From assembly GCA_963803975.1 (NCBI GenBank), contig CAWDOY010000003.1:128001-192000 (forward strand): DNA of 64,000 bases, written 5' to 3'. Numbering within the stretch: position 1 is the stretch's first letter; every line of letters begins with the position of its first letter. The notes beneath the pieces are model-generated. The model did not search any database. It was not told the origin of the DNA and saw only the letters and a program-made list of their open reading frames with translations. Shown here one piece after another: positions 10,315 through 21,888 of this stretch. This DNA comes from an uncultured delta proteobacterium. Its GTDB lineage: Bacteria; Desulfobacterota; WTBG01; CAIYCZ01. A program made the position numbers and the translations under genes.

Positions 10315-11826
10315 TTACGTATCCTTGAGCCATCTCGTGGTAACCGTTTTCGATTCAGTGTAGAATTGTACGCCGTCTCTCCCCATGCAATGAAGATCTC
10401 CAAAGAAAGAGTTTTTATGACCGCAGAACGGGAAATATGAAACCGGTACGGGAATACCCACATTGACACCTACCATGCCGCCGTCGGTTCTCAAGACAAA
10501 CTCGCGCGCCCAATGGCCGCTTTCAGTGAAAATTGCAGATCCATTGGCAAACTGGTTGTTGTTCATCAGGGTAATTCCTTCTTCAAAGTCTTTAACGCGC
10601 TTGATGAAGGTGACTGGCCCGAACACTTCCTCTTTACCGCAGCTCATATCCTCGGTAACAAGATCAAAAATCGTTGGGCCGATAAAATGTCCTTTTTCAA
10701 AGCCCGGTACTATCGCATTTCTTCCGTCAAGGATCAGTTGAGCGCCTTCCTCAATTGCCTTGTTAATCCAGCCGAGAACAAACTGTTTATGTTCTGCGGA
10801 AACAACCGGCCCGAGATCAGTTTCAGGGTCATAGGAACAGCCGATTTTCCTCAGTTGTGCGTATTTTTTGAGATAGGAAACAAACTCGTCAGCAACACAA
10901 TCTTCCACAACCATCACCGGCAGAGCCATGCAGCGCATGCCGGCGCAGCCGAAAGTGGAATTGATGATGCGTTGTGCAGCCACCTCAAGCTCTGCATCAC
11001 GCATGATCAGCGCGTGATTTTTTGCCTCAGTAAGGCACTGGACGCGCTTGCCGTTTTTAGCTGCGGTGGAGTAGATATGGGTACCAACCGAGGTTGAGCC
11101 GACAAAAGAAATACCGCTGATATCCGGATGCTCAAGCAGGAGGTCAGCTTCATTTCTGCTGCAGGTAACCAGATTCACAACCCCCGGGGGCAGTCCGGCT
11201 TCAATTGCAAGCTCAAGTATTCTCATGGAGGTCATGGGTGTAAGGCTTGCTGATTTTAAGACAAAAGTATTACCGCAGCTGATGCAAAAGGGAATCATCC
11301 ATCCCCAGGGAATCATTGCCGGAAAATTAAACGGAACGATGCCGGCAAATACGCCGATCGGTTCACGATACATCACCGTGTCATGGCCGGTCGATACGTT
11401 CAGCAGTGAGTCACCCTGCATGAGATAGGGTGTAGCACAGGCGCACTCGACAACCTCGATGGCCTTAATAACATCACCGCGGGCTTCATCAAGGGTTTTG
11501 CCAAGCTCTTTAGAAACGCTTAATGAAAGTTCCGCGAGATGGTTATCCATGAGAGCTTTAAGTTTGAACATGACAGCAATTCTTTGCTGAATAGGGGTAT
11601 ATCTCCATTTCTGAAAAGCTGTTTTTGCTGCTGCCACTGCTTCCAGAACTTCTTCCCTGGTACAGCAGGGTGCTTCTGCCATTACCTCACCGGTGCTTGA
11701 ATCGGTAATAGGCATATATTTGCTGGTTTTTGACTGCTTCCAGCTATTGTTAACGCAGTATTTTAATTTAGGTGCAGCGGTTGTTTCACCCTGAAAGACA
11801 ATAGCTGCGGCTGGTTCTTTTGACAT
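10315..11826 (-). CDS. mmsA: CoA-acylating methylmalonate/malonate-semialdehyde dehydrogenase
   Basis: PFNFPAMIP, SFVGST, AKNH, GCAGMRCMA and GMVGVNVGIPVP; ATG at 11826 follows GAAAGGAG. Confidence 0.92.
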   Translation of the reverse strand: MSKEPAAAIVFQGETTAAPKLKYCVNNSWKQSKTSKYMPITDSSTGEVMAEAPCCTREEVLEAVAAAKTAFQKWRYTPIQQRIAVMFKLKALMDNHLAELSLSVSKELGKTLDEARGDVIKAIEVVECACATPYLMQGDSLLNVSTGHDTVMYREPIGVFAGIVPFNFPAMIPWGWMIPFCISCGNTFVLKSASLTPMTSMRILELAIEAGLPPGVVNLVTCSRNEADLLLEHPDISGISFVGSTSVGTHIYSTAAKNGKRVQCLTEAKNHALIMRDAELEVAAQRIINSTFGCAGMRCMALPVMVVEDCVADEFVSYLKKYAQLRKIGCSYDPETDLGPVVSAEHKQFVLGWINKAIEEGAQLILDGRNAIVPGFEKGHFIGPTIFDLVTEDMSCGKEEVFGPVTFIKRVKDFEEGITLMNNNQFANGSAIFTESGHWAREFVLRTDGGMVGVNVGIPVPVSYFPFCGHKNSFFGDLHCMGRDGVQFYTESKTVTTRWLKDT

Positions 11827-11870
11827 GATGTGGCTCCTTTCATGGATAAGCATTCTTATCTTCTGCTATT

Positions 11871-11886
11871 ATCAATTTACATGCCA
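11871..11886 (-). promoter_or_regulatory. Possible sigma54 (-24/-12) promoter of mmsA
   Basis: Minus strand TGGCATG-TAAA-TTGAT versus consensus TGGCACG-N4-TTGCW; mismatch at the -12 C. Confidence 0.4.
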
Positions 11887-12123
11887 AAAGGTAATTAATT
11901 GCAACCATATGAAATTACATGCTAATTATAAGATTCATATCAAAATATTTATCTATATTGAGTCAAAGGTCATGTGTATATCCTATGTGGGATAATAATA
12001 AGTATTGAAATTCTAATTGCATTGAATTTTAATGATTTTCTATTTGTTCTCTAAACGGGGCAATGCAAATGTGGAACACGTGCGGAAAGCGAGGTTTGAA
12101 TGGCTGTTAAAGATATATTATAA

Positions 12124-13674
12124 TTATTCCCATTCAATGGTGCTGGGTGGTTTTGAGGAGATATCATAAACAATGCGGTTAATTCCCCTTATCTCATTAA
12201 TTATGCGATTAGATATGGTCCCAAGCAGGTCGTAGGGCAGTTTAGCCCAGTCAGCGGTCATGGCATCAATGCTCTGTACCACCCGCACGGCAACCACCTT
12301 TTCATAGGTGCGCTCATCGCCCATGACGCCAACAGTCTGGATGGGAAGAAGCACGGCAAAAGCCTGCCATACCTGACGATACCATCCTGATTTTTTCATC
12401 TCATCAAGTATGATTTCATCAGCTTCACGAACGAGCCTCAGGTTCTCATCGGTAATCTCACCAATGATGCGGATCGCGAGGCCAGGGCCGGGGAAGGGAT
12501 GGCGATAAATAGCATCATCCGGCAAGCCGAGTTCCTTCCCCAGTTCACGCACTTCATCTTTAAAAAGTTCACGAAATGGCTCAATCAGCTTGAGGTTCAT
12601 CTTTTCCGGCAAGCCGCCGACATTGTGATGGCTTTTGATGGTAGCTGATGGGCCTTTAAATGAAATGCTTTCTATAACATCAGGATAGAGAGTGCCCTGT
12701 GCCAGAAAATCGACTTTGCCAAGTTTGCGCGCCTCTTCTTCAAAGACATAAATAAATTCATGGCCTATAATTTTTCTTTTTCTCTCAGGGTCAACAACAC
12801 CTTTAAGGTTTTGCAGAAAGCGCTGCGAAGCATCAATGGTTAACAGGTTCACATTGAAAGACTTTGTGAGTAATTCTGAAACTTTTACAAACTCATTTTT
12901 TCGCAGCAGCCCGTTATCAATGAAGATGCAGGTGAGCTGATGACCTATTGCTTTCTCCAGCAGCACTGCAGCAACAGTAGAATCTACCCCGCCACTGCAC
13001 CCGCATATGACTTTGTTCTCTCCAACAGCCCTGCGTATCTCCTTAATGGACTGTTGAATAAAAGATTTCATGGTCCAGACTGGTGAGCACTTGCAAATTT
13101 TGAATATGAAGTTATTGAGTATTTCTTTTCCCTGGGGGGTATGCACAACTTCCGGGTGAAACTGTACACCAAAGATGTTGTGTTCTTTATCCCGCATTGC
13201 GGCAAAGGGCGAGTTTTCACTGTGGCCGATTATCTCAAATCCCTGCGGCAGTCGTTTGATCCGGTCGCCGTGACTCATCCACACTTGAATTGTATCGTTT
13301 ACAGAAAAACCCGCAAAGAGATCGTTGGCAGCATCAATAATAAGCTCTGCTTTACCATATTCGCGCTTCTGCGATGGCGCAACCTCACCTGCAAGAAGAA
13401 AGGTTGTAATCTGCATGCCATAACAAATACCAAGAATCGGAATGCCAAGCTGAAAAAGGTCTTTTTCAATACAGGGTGATTTTTCATCATAAACGCTGGA
13501 GGGGCTGCCAGACAGGATGATTCCCTTGGGCTGCAGCTCACGTATCCTGTCTAAGCTGATATTGTAGGGATAAATCTCAGAATAGACCTTGCTCTCACGG
13601 ACCCGCCGGGCAATGAGCTGGGTATACTGAGAGCCGAAATCAAGTATGATTATTTTTTCCTGTTCTATTTTCAT
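12124..13674 (-). CDS. guaA: GMP synthase (glutamine-hydrolysing)
   Basis: [42 protein letters not shown] and KPPSTIEWE. Confidence 0.98.
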   Translation of the reverse strand: MKIEQEKIIILDFGSQYTQLIARRVRESKVYSEIYPYNISLDRIRELQPKGIILSGSPSSVYDEKSPCIEKDLFQLGIPILGICYGMQITTFLLAGEVAPSQKREYGKAELIIDAANDLFAGFSVNDTIQVWMSHGDRIKRLPQGFEIIGHSENSPFAAMRDKEHNIFGVQFHPEVVHTPQGKEILNNFIFKICKCSPVWTMKSFIQQSIKEIRRAVGENKVICGCSGGVDSTVAAVLLEKAIGHQLTCIFIDNGLLRKNEFVKVSELLTKSFNVNLLTIDASQRFLQNLKGVVDPERKRKIIGHEFIYVFEEEARKLGKVDFLAQGTLYPDVIESISFKGPSATIKSHHNVGGLPEKMNLKLIEPFRELFKDEVRELGKELGLPDDAIYRHPFPGPGLAIRIIGEITDENLRLVREADEIILDEMKKSGWYRQVWQAFAVLLPIQTVGVMGDERTYEKVVAVRVVQSIDAMTADWAKLPYDLLGTISNRIINEIRGINRIVYDISSKPPSTIEWE

Positions 13675-13684
13675 GGCAGTAATG

Positions 13685-13727
13685 AAAATCAGCCCCTCCC
13701 CAAAAGATGAGGAGGGGTGATTTTTTT
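13685..13727 (-). terminator. Terminator-like hairpin between guaB and guaA
   Basis: aaaatcagcccctcccca...tgaggaggggtgatttt stem with A/T tracts. Confidence 0.5.
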
Positions 13728-13810
13728 ATGGTTATCCTTAGGGGGGATTAACCATTATTTTGCCGCTGCCGCGCATCCTCTGTAATGAGAAGCACGATCA
13801 GGGCAAAAGG

Positions 13811-15274
13811 TTATTCAACCTGATAATTGGGCGCTTCTTTGGTGATTATAACGTTGTGAACATGGCTCTCTTTGAGCCCTGAACTGGTAATCTTTATAAA
13901 CCGGGCTTTCTCACGCAGTTCATGTATGCTGGCGCAGCCAACGTACCCCATGCCGGAGCGCAAGCCGCCGACCAACTGATAAATATTAGAGGAAAGGCTG
14001 CCGCGATACGGCACCCGGCCCTCTATTCCTTCAGGGACAAGCTTTGACTGGTTTTCAACATCGCACTGAAAATAACGGTCACTTGAGCCTTCCTTCATGG
14101 CTTCAATCGAACCCATGCCGCGGTATACTTTGTAGGTGCGGCCCTGGTACAGGACCGTTTCCCCCGGGCTTTCATCCGTTCCGGCAAACAGGCTGCCAAT
14201 CATGACAGAATGCGCTCCAGCCGCAATAGCCTTGGGTACATCACCGGAATATTTAATGCCGCCATCGGCAATAAGCGGTATGCCATGTTTGTCAGAAATC
14301 TTTCTGCACTCCATTATTGCGGTAATCTGCGGCACGCCAACACCTGCTATTATCCGGGTAGTACAAATGGAGCCGGGTCCCATCCCGACTTTTATAGCGT
14401 CACAGCCGGCCTGCATGAGATCCTCTGCAGCCTCTGCGGTGGCGATGTTGCCGCCGATAAGCTCACAGTCTTTAAAATTCTTTTTTGTATCACGAATTGC
14501 TTCAAGCACTGTTTTGGTGTGCCCATGAGCAGTGTCGATGGCGAGCACATCAGCGCCGGCTTTTAGAACTGCTTCGGTGCGTGCCTCACGGTCAGGTCCC
14601 ACGCCGATGGCAGCACCCACGCGCAGCCTGCCGAAGGAGTCCTTGCATGCCTGCGGATACTGGACAGTTTTTTCAATGTCTTTTACCGTGATGAGACCCT
14701 TGAGATTATTATTCTCATCAACTACCAGCAATTTCTCGATGCGGTTTTTATGTAATAGTTTTTTTGCTTCTTCAAGACTGATACCCGTCGGTGCGGTGAC
14801 CAGATTTTCTTTGGTCATGACCGAGGAAATCGGCTTTTCAAGTTTGGTTTCAAAGCGCAGGTCCCGGTTGGTAAGGATACCGACAAGCTTTCCTTTCTTT
14901 ACGACCGGAAGGCCTGATATCCGGTACTGCTTCATGATCTCCAGTGCGGTATAAATTTTCTGGTCGGGATCAAGGGTAATAGGATCTACGATCATACCGC
15001 TTTCAGATTTTTTTACCTTTTCAACTTCAAGGGCCTGTGTTTCAATGGAAAGGTTTTTATGAATAATACCGATCCCGCCTTCCCGTGCCATGGTAATAGC
15101 AGTCTGCGCCCTTGTTACGGTATCCATGGCAGCACTGAGCAGGGGAATATTCAGTTTGATATTTCTGGTCAGCAGTGTTGATACATCTACATCCCGGGGC
15201 AGGACCGAGGACTTCGCAGGTACGAGCAGCACATCATCAAATGTCAGGCTCGTTTGTATATGATCGTTGCTCAT
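13811..15274 (-). CDS. guaB: IMP dehydrogenase
   Basis: [13 protein letters not shown] pair, [20 protein letters not shown] and PEGIEG. Confidence 0.98.
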   Translation of the reverse strand: MSNDHIQTSLTFDDVLLVPAKSSVLPRDVDVSTLLTRNIKLNIPLLSAAMDTVTRAQTAITMAREGGIGIIHKNLSIETQALEVEKVKKSESGMIVDPITLDPDQKIYTALEIMKQYRISGLPVVKKGKLVGILTNRDLRFETKLEKPISSVMTKENLVTAPTGISLEEAKKLLHKNRIEKLLVVDENNNLKGLITVKDIEKTVQYPQACKDSFGRLRVGAAIGVGPDREARTEAVLKAGADVLAIDTAHGHTKTVLEAIRDTKKNFKDCELIGGNIATAEAAEDLMQAGCDAIKVGMGPGSICTTRIIAGVGVPQITAIMECRKISDKHGIPLIADGGIKYSGDVPKAIAAGAHSVMIGSLFAGTDESPGETVLYQGRTYKVYRGMGSIEAMKEGSSDRYFQCDVENQSKLVPEGIEGRVPYRGSLSSNIYQLVGGLRSGMGYVGCASIHELREKARFIKITSSGLKESHVHNVIITKEAPNYQVE

Positions 15275-15392
15275 TGAAAGTACCTTGTTTAGTAATAAAA
15301 AGTCCCCCTTGGGTTGGGGGGAGAAGATGTTAGAAGAGGGAAAAAGAGTGTTATTTGTGAGTGAGTATAATTATACTAAACCCTGGTTCATG

Positions 15393-16338
15393 TCAAGTAT
15401 TTACCCCGGCTTTTTCGAGAAGTATTCCCTCCAGAAGCCCGGCATCGCTTACCGACAGTTCCTGAACATGCAGCAGCTCCATAATGGTCAATACAATAGC
15501 AGTCCCGGCAATAATAACTATTTCCCGACCCGGCTCGAGCCCCGGCAAATCAACCCTTTCTTTAGAATTAAGGGTAATAATCATATTATAAAGATAATTC
15601 AGATAATTATAAGACAAAATATGTTTATTAACCTTATCTATATTGTACTCAACGAGCTTCAGATCCATTGCTGCAAGGGTGGTAACAGTGCCGGCTGTTC
15701 CGATAATGCGGACGTTTTGACTAGTTACTTTTAATTAAATTATTAATGATATTACTATTAGTTAAAATTATTGATCTGATGGTATGGTTTAAAATATTGA
15801 GGTCATCTTTCAGGGGCGGGTCGTGCTGTAAATACTGTTCAGAAAGAGTGACAACACCAAGGGGAATACTTTCCACACACTCTATTGACTGGTTGCTGGT
15901 AAGAATAAGCTCTGTGCTTCCTCCGCCAATATCGAGGATAAGCGACAGATTAGGGTTATCGTTAAAAACAGACTGAACACCTTTCAGGGAAAGGTTCGCT
16001 TCTTCCTCTCCGGTTACCAATCTCACCAAAAGATTGGTCTCTGTTAAAACATTATTTAGAAATGCCCTGCCATTTACAGCTTCCCTGACACATGCAGTTG
16101 CAACAGCATAGATATGTTCTGCTCCTTTTTGCCGGGCGCTCATGACAAACTTTTTTATGCATGATAACGCCCGGTTCATAGGCTCATTTTGCAGCTGTTT
16201 GCTCTCGTTCATCCCCTGACCGAGCCTGACTATCGAGCGATCCCGGTAGATGGGAACAATCCCGCCATTATTGCTTACATCTGCAACAAGAAGACGAATG
16301 GTTTGCGTGCCGATATCAATTGAAGCGTAGCGGGGCAT
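15393..16338 (-). CDS. ppx: Ppx/GppA phosphatase (one frameshift near 15720)
   Basis: ASIDIGT, ATACVREAVN and DIGGGSTE; continues in another frame as IIGTAGTVTTLAAM...GLEPGRE...VSDAGLLEG. Confidence 0.88.
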
Positions 16339-16394
16339 AAAAACTTTGTTCTACTGGTTGATTAGTGTATTAGTTATATTGGTTCCTTAATTGA

Positions 16395-17661
16395 TCAATA
16401 GCACCAATCAAAACCAATGAAACCAACATAACCAATACAATTATTTGATTTTGTTAACAGTTTGTTTAATTCATCCTTTGCCTTAAAGCCAAAATCTTTT
16501 ATCTTTTCAGGGGTGCTGAGGGCATTGCCTGCAAGTGAGCCGACTTTCTTTGCAATACTTCCGGCGATCTGCTGAATGATTTTTTCACGTAACTTGAACT
16601 TTAATTTATCAAAATTACCCTTCACCTGAAAATCAAAATCTATGCTGCCGTTAGTTGTTTCCAGTACTTTCATTAGCCCTGCTGCCGGCAGACCCAGGAA
16701 GGTTTTGCCCAGAAGGGTTTTATCCCTGCCGGTTAACGTGAGATTTTTAACCTCAACATGATGGCTGCTGTCCAGATAATCATCTTTAATACTGATCTTT
16801 GACGTAACCCAGGCATTGCCATCCTCTATTTTCACGGCAGTGTCAGGGTAATAATAGTAATAATCAGAGAGGTCTATATTGTCGATTTTGCTTTGCGCCG
16901 TAAGGGTAAGCTGTTTTTTAAACAGCAGCCCTTCTCCAGTGCATTTCAAGGGGGCCTTATGCTGTGAAGAGGTGAGCGAAGCGGTGATGGTAAAAGTAGT
17001 TTTAACATCTTTTGTGTTAGGGACTATAACATCTTCTATTTCGATATTCAGTTCAGTTAAAACAATCGTTGGGTCCTGACTGCGGGTTTTGTAATTATAA
17101 ATCGTAAGGGTACCATCTTTGACAACAAGATTATTGATGTGAAGAGTAAAGGGTTCGGGAGAATTTTCAGAGGCAACCGGAAAGGAAGATTCTTTTGCCG
17201 GCAGAACAGAAGAAGTATTTGTTGCTCTCTCCGCGTTCAAGGCTATCAGTCTTTGAAGAAAATATGTAGTCAGTATTAATCTTTTCATCACGGGTCATTA
17301 TTACCGTAAACTCCGGTTTGATAATGGTGATGTTTTTAAAAGGCAGGCTATTCCTGAAAAGAGGTAATATTTCAAAATTGCTTTGTAATGATGCTGCCTT
17401 TAGCAGGTTCCCCTTTCCAAAGCCCTCCGGCTGCAGCAGCTCAACATCCTTTAATTCAACCATCCAGCGAAAGAGTGAAATATTGACAGAACCGATTTTA
17501 AGCCTGTTCTGAAAGATGGGATAAACCCTTTGCTCAACAATTCTCTGGGCTATGGGATTTATATAAAATGGAACTATCGCAAGAATTACTATTATAATAG
17601 CAACAAGTATGAATAGAATTTTTAAGCCCTTATTTTCATAAAACATTCCCCTAATCCCCAT
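16395..17661 (-). CDS. AsmA-like / DUF748-type membrane-anchored protein (frameshift near 17230)
   Basis: N-terminal transmembrane helix, IGSVNISLF, beta-rich body and NGSIDFDFQVKG; two overlapping ORFs. Confidence 0.65.
16402..16437. repeat. Degenerate 9-mer tandem repeat (AACCAATxx)
   Basis: caccaatca a aaccaatga aaccaacat aaccaatac. Confidence 0.5.
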
Positions 17662-17680
17662 CTTAATTCAACAATTTTCT

Positions 17681-17708
17681 ATTGCCTTTTGCCTGTTGCC
17701 TATTGCCT
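17681..17708. repeat. Intergenic 7-mer tandem repeat (NTTGCCT x4)
   Basis: attgcct tttgcct gttgcct attgcct. Confidence 0.65.
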
Positions 17709-18024
17709 CACGCTTCTTGCCTTTTACTAATCCCGAACCCCTAACTCCCATTCCCTATTTTATAGCAAATTGATAAAATTAAGCAATTATAGTTCATTGA
17801 CTCTTATCAGGCCATTTGATAAGTTGATACATGTCGTTTGTCGTCATTGCTGGCAAAATGTTTTATTATGTGTGACATAAATAGGCTGTAGAGACTATGA
17901 AGCACAGTCAAAAGATACCAAGAAGCCATTTGGCCTATTTAAGAATCGACGAGCGTAACCCCTTCGATATACTTCTCTCTTTTCCCTGGTTGGCTAACAA
18001 CCATGCTGGATTGGGAGCGTGTAA

Positions 18025-18321
18025 ATGAATAAAACCCCCCCTGCAGGACCTGAATCCGCTGAGATCCTCCTCTACCAGACCGAGGACGGACAGACGCGGC
18101 TGGAAGTGCGCTTACAAGACGAAACCGTTTGGCTCACACAGAAGCGAATGGCAGAGCTATTCCAGAAGGATGTCCGAACAATCAACGAACACATTAAGAA
18201 CATCTTCACGGAGGGCGAGCTCAAGTCGGAATCAGTTATCCGGAATTTCCGGATAACTGCGGATCAGAACACAACAGTATCAGAAGGAATTCTCGATGGC
18301 AAAAAGAACCGCCTCTCTTGA
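18025..18321 (+). pseudogene. Truncated RhuM-family protein (N-terminus only)
   Basis: LLYQTEDGQTRLEVRLQDETVWLTQKRMAELFQ...HIKNIF.EGEL...VIRNFRITA, then homology ends. Confidence 0.75.
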
Positions 18322-18499
18322 TCTGACAGATTGACATCTTTTGGACTTATAAAAAAAGAAGGCAGCACTGGCAAAGGCGTCATCTATCGATTGGCCAAAG
18401 GGGCATTCGCTAATGGCAGAGAGGCAAACGGTTCATAATTGGCTCAAATGGCTCATCGGGAACCAGACACCAAAGTGGCCACAAAGGAGCCAAATGCGC

Positions 18500-18681
18500 C
18501 ACATCAAGTATCGAAAGGCCGTCGGTGGGATTACCGGGGAAGTTACCGGGGAAGTTACCGGGGAAGTACAGAGGCTTCTCAGTGTACTGGCTGGAGAGAT
18601 GAAACGTACGGTTATCCAGGAGGGCTCTGGCCCTCCGGCATGAAGACTACTTCAGGGAGGCTTATCTTCTTCCGGCGCTAA
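18500..18681 (+). pseudogene. Fragment of a Fic/RecG-like regulator C-terminus with a TGEV repeat linker
   Basis: TGEVTGEVTGEVQRLLSVLAGEMKR, followed in another frame by LRHEDYFREAYLLPAL; no N-terminus. Confidence 0.5.
18531..18566 (+). repeat. Perfect 12-bp tandem repeat x3 (TTACCGGGGAAG)
   Basis: Directly visible; encodes TGEV repeats. Confidence 0.85.
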
Positions 18682-18685
18682 CTTG

Positions 18686-18975
18686 TTCGCGGTCAAAGAG
18701 TGATTATGGATTGCGATCTTGCAGCGTTAAACGGCATTCCGACCTTTAGATTTAATGAAGCGGTAAAGCGCAACCAAAAACGGTTCCCTGATGATTTTAT
18801 GTTTCAATTAACTGCTCCGGAATATGCAGTTTTGACATCGCAATTTACGATGTCAAAACCTGGCAGGGGTGGACGAAGAACCCTTCCTTATGTCTTTACC
18901 GAACACGGTGCCATCATGGCGGCAAACATAAGGCTAAGAGCTGATAGCTCTTGCACCGGTGCTGAAGGCTACTAA
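18686..18975 (+). pseudogene. ORF6N (KilA-N-like) DNA-binding domain fragment, copy 1
   Basis: RGQRVIMDCDLA, FNEAVKRNQKRFPDDFMFQLT and PYVFTEHGAIM; truncated at both ends. Confidence 0.75.
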
Positions 18976-19062
18976 AAAGAAAAAAGAAGGCAAGATGCCT
19001 AGTAACAAAAAGAGGGAAATGTGAACTAAACAACAGGCAGATAACTATTTAAAAGTGGCTGT

Positions 19063-20627
19063 GGGGGTGTTGAAAAAGTCTCCGTGAGAAATGATTATAT
19101 GATATGCTGCAGAGCAAAATCAAACATAATCATGGAGACATTATGATAGGCAAGCAGGACCGTTGGCAGCGGCACTTATTTATCGCAGGAGACATCGATC
19201 AGTTCATTCCTGAAGATCACATACTGCGGCGGGTAGATAGAATCCTTGATTTGAGCTGGTTGCGAGAAGAAGTGCGGGGGAGTTACTGTGAAGAAAACGG
19301 ACGGCCAGGGATAGACCCGGAAGCAGCAGTACGGCTGATGCTGGCCGGGTTTTTTCATGGGGTAGTGCATGATCGGAAGTTAATGAGAGAGGCACAGGTA
19401 AATCTGGCGCTCCGATGGTTTGCGGGATACAGTCTGGAAGATAAATTGCCGGATCATTCGAGCCTGAGCCGGATACGGCAGCGCTGGGGGGAAGAGCGGT
19501 TTAAGAAGATATTTCAGAGGACGGTACAGAGCTGTATAGCAAAGGGGTTGGTGAGCGGAGAAACAGTGCATATCGATGCGACCTTGATACGAGCGGACGT
19601 GTCGTGGGAGAGCATAACCGAGAGACACGCAGAGCAGGTGGTGGCAGAGAACAATACCGAGGAGGACAACCGGGCGGAAGATCCATTGCCACGGGGGCCG
19701 GGACGACCGCGGACAAAGAAGGAGCATCCGAAGAAGGTAAGCAGTACCGACCCGGAGGCAACGCTGGTGACCTCACGGAGGGATTTTCACCTTGAGCCGT
19801 CATACAAACAGCACACGGCAGTCGATGACAAGGAAGGGGTAATCGTAGATATTGAGATAACGACTGGAGAAGCGAATGAGGGCCAACGGTTACTTGAGAC
19901 GGTAGAACGAATTGAGCAGACAACCGGGAAGAAGCTGGGCCGGGTAACGGCAGACAAGAGCTACGCACATGCACGGAATTATGAGGGGTTAGAGAAACGA
20001 GGGATAGATGGCATCATACCGCCGGAGCGGGAGCGGGTGAAGGAGAAGCGGATACCGATCAGGCGGTTCAAATATGACGGCAAGCATCAACGGGTACGGT
20101 GTCCTGGAGGTAAAAGTCTGGAGCGGGCAAACCGTACGAAGAATGGGTGGTTCTACCGCGCACGGAAGAGTGATTGTAGCGCTTGTCCACTACAGAAACG
20201 CTGTATCCCTGAGACAGCGAAGGCACGGGTGATACTCATTGTAGACGGCTATGAGGCACTGTTGCGAGCGCGCAGGAGAAAGAACCGTGGCTGGGATACA
20301 GATACGCAACGGGTCTATAACCGGCATCGGGTTTATGTTGAAGGAGTGCATGGTGAGGGTAAAACGCAGCATGGCTTGCGGCGGGCAGTACGTCGCGGAT
20401 TAGCAAATGTGGCGATTCAAGTGTATTTGATAGCGGCAGTAATCAATCTGAAGCGGCTGGCCAAGGCCTTAAGCCCCCGACCAGATGATGGAGACTGGTA
20501 TTTAATTATTCGTAACAGGTTAGGAGCTGTTATTAAACAGTTTTTTGGTGATTGGGTAGAAAAACTGTATAGCGCTTTGTTTTGTGCTGCATGACAATAC
20601 TTATAGAGGGGGTTTTTCAACACCCCC
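19063..20627 (+). mobile_element. IS1182-family insertion sequence, apparently intact
   Basis: 15-bp perfect terminal inverted repeats GGGGGTGTTGAAAAA (19063-19077) and TTTTTCAACACCCCC (20613-20627); 5-bp direct repeat GCTGT at 19058-19062 and 20628-20632. Confidence 0.9.
19104..20594 (+). CDS. IS1182-family DDE transposase
   Basis: IPEDHILR, GRPGIDPE, LPDHSSLSRIR, HIDATLI, STDPEA, ADKSY, CP.G / C..CP...RC and YNRHRVYVEGVHGE.K. Confidence 0.92.
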   Translation: MLQSKIKHNHGDIMIGKQDRWQRHLFIAGDIDQFIPEDHILRRVDRILDLSWLREEVRGSYCEENGRPGIDPEAAVRLMLAGFFHGVVHDRKLMREAQVNLALRWFAGYSLEDKLPDHSSLSRIRQRWGEERFKKIFQRTVQSCIAKGLVSGETVHIDATLIRADVSWESITERHAEQVVAENNTEEDNRAEDPLPRGPGRPRTKKEHPKKVSSTDPEATLVTSRRDFHLEPSYKQHTAVDDKEGVIVDIEITTGEANEGQRLLETVERIEQTTGKKLGRVTADKSYAHARNYEGLEKRGIDGIIPPERERVKEKRIPIRRFKYDGKHQRVRCPGGKSLERANRTKNGWFYRARKSDCSACPLQKRCIPETAKARVILIVDGYEALLRARRRKNRGWDTDTQRVYNRHRVYVEGVHGEGKTQHGLRRAVRRGLANVAIQVYLIAAVINLKRLAKALSPRPDDGDWYLIIRNRLGAVIKQFFGDWVEKLYSALFCAA

Positions 20628-20639
20628 GCTGTCCCCACA

Positions 20640-21059
20640 TAAGGCGGATTTCCTGAAGATTTCATGTTTGTGCTATCCAGCGAAGAAGCTAAAAACTTGA
20701 GGTCACAAATTGTGACCTCAAGTTTACCCCATTGGGGTGGTTCCCGCTATCTGCCTATGGCCTTTACTGAACAGAGCGTTGCAATGTTGTCCAGTGTACT
20801 TAAAAGTGATCGAGCTATAGAGGTTAACATCCAGATTATGAGGGTGTTCACCAGGCTTAGACAAATACTCTTGGGCAATAAAGATCTAAGGCGGGAACTT
20901 GAAGAATTAAAGCGGGTTACTGATGATAGGTTTCGTGTCGTTTTCGAGACACTGGACCAGTTGTTAAGTAATGATGAAAGGCCCAAACGAAAAATCGGGT
21001 TCGAGGTGAAGGAAAGGGCGGCAAGATACCGGGTAAACAGAAAGAAAACTGTGAACTAA
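20640..21059 (+). pseudogene. ORF6N domain protein, 5'-truncated (copy 2)
   Basis: FPEDFMFVLS..EAKNLRSQIVTSS, PMAFTEQSVAMLSSVLKSDRAIEVNIQIMRVF and KRKIGF. Confidence 0.75.
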
Positions 21060-21100
21060 ACATAAAGTTAAGATAACGGGCGCTGTTCCCATTACCCATT

Positions 21101-21180
21101 GGTCACGAGACCCGAGTCACGAGCCACGATTCAGCTGACTGCTGTAGTCTATTTTGCACGATTCACAGGTCACGGGTCAC
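21101..21180. repeat. Degenerate 7-mer repeats (xGTCACG)
   Basis: ggtcacg agacccg agtcacg agccacg ... attcaca ggtcacg ggtcac. Confidence 0.5.
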
Positions 21181-21224
21181 TTGCTTGCGAGCCCCGTCCC
21201 TAACCCCTAGTTAGAGAGAGCATT

Positions 21225-21785
21225 ATGATGAAAAAGACACTACGCATACTGTTTTTCATCCTTATCGTGCTGGGTGGTGTTGGATTTTATTTCACGCCAT
21301 ATATATCCTTTCACAACATGAGACTAACGGCTGAGAATCGCGATGCAGTGACATTGACAGATTATATTGACTATCCGTCGCTCAAGGAAAGCTTGAAAGT
21401 AAATTTACATGCCCGGATGTCAGGTGAGGCTCAGGGCAAACAGGATAAAGACCCGTTTGAGAAAGTGGGTGAAGCTATTGTTTCAGCTTTTATCAATCCG
21501 GTGGTTGATGCATTTGTCACGCCTGAAAGCCTGAGTATGATGATGCGGGGCTATATACCGCCAGTCAATAAATCAGATCGCACGTCAGAAAAGAAATCAG
21601 AAAATGCTTCAAAAAAGAAAACCTCACATGATGATTCGGATATCGAAACCACAATGTATTATGAGAGCTTTAATCGCTTTGTGGTGAAGGTGAAGAATAA
21701 AGATTCTGCTGAAGATCCGGTCGAACTTATATTCAGGCGGGATGGGGTTATTTACTGGAAACTATCTGCCATAAAGCTGCCTTAG
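21225..21785 (+). CDS. DUF2939-like membrane-anchored protein
   Basis: N-terminal transmembrane helix, TPY, YIDYPSLKESLK, VDAFVTPE and WKLSAIKLP. Confidence 0.7.
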   Translation: MMKKTLRILFFILIVLGGVGFYFTPYISFHNMRLTAENRDAVTLTDYIDYPSLKESLKVNLHARMSGEAQGKQDKDPFEKVGEAIVSAFINPVVDAFVTPESLSMMMRGYIPPVNKSDRTSEKKSENASKKKTSHDDSDIETTMYYESFNRFVVKVKNKDSAEDPVELIFRRDGVIYWKLSAIKLP

Positions 21786-21888
21786 TAAAAGAAGCAGCCA
21801 TGAGGGTGCGGCAATACTTTTAAGAGAAGAGGATTAAAATAACGTGCTCTATTATTGGCTTCTTCAAGGTAAAAAAGGGGAATGATTG

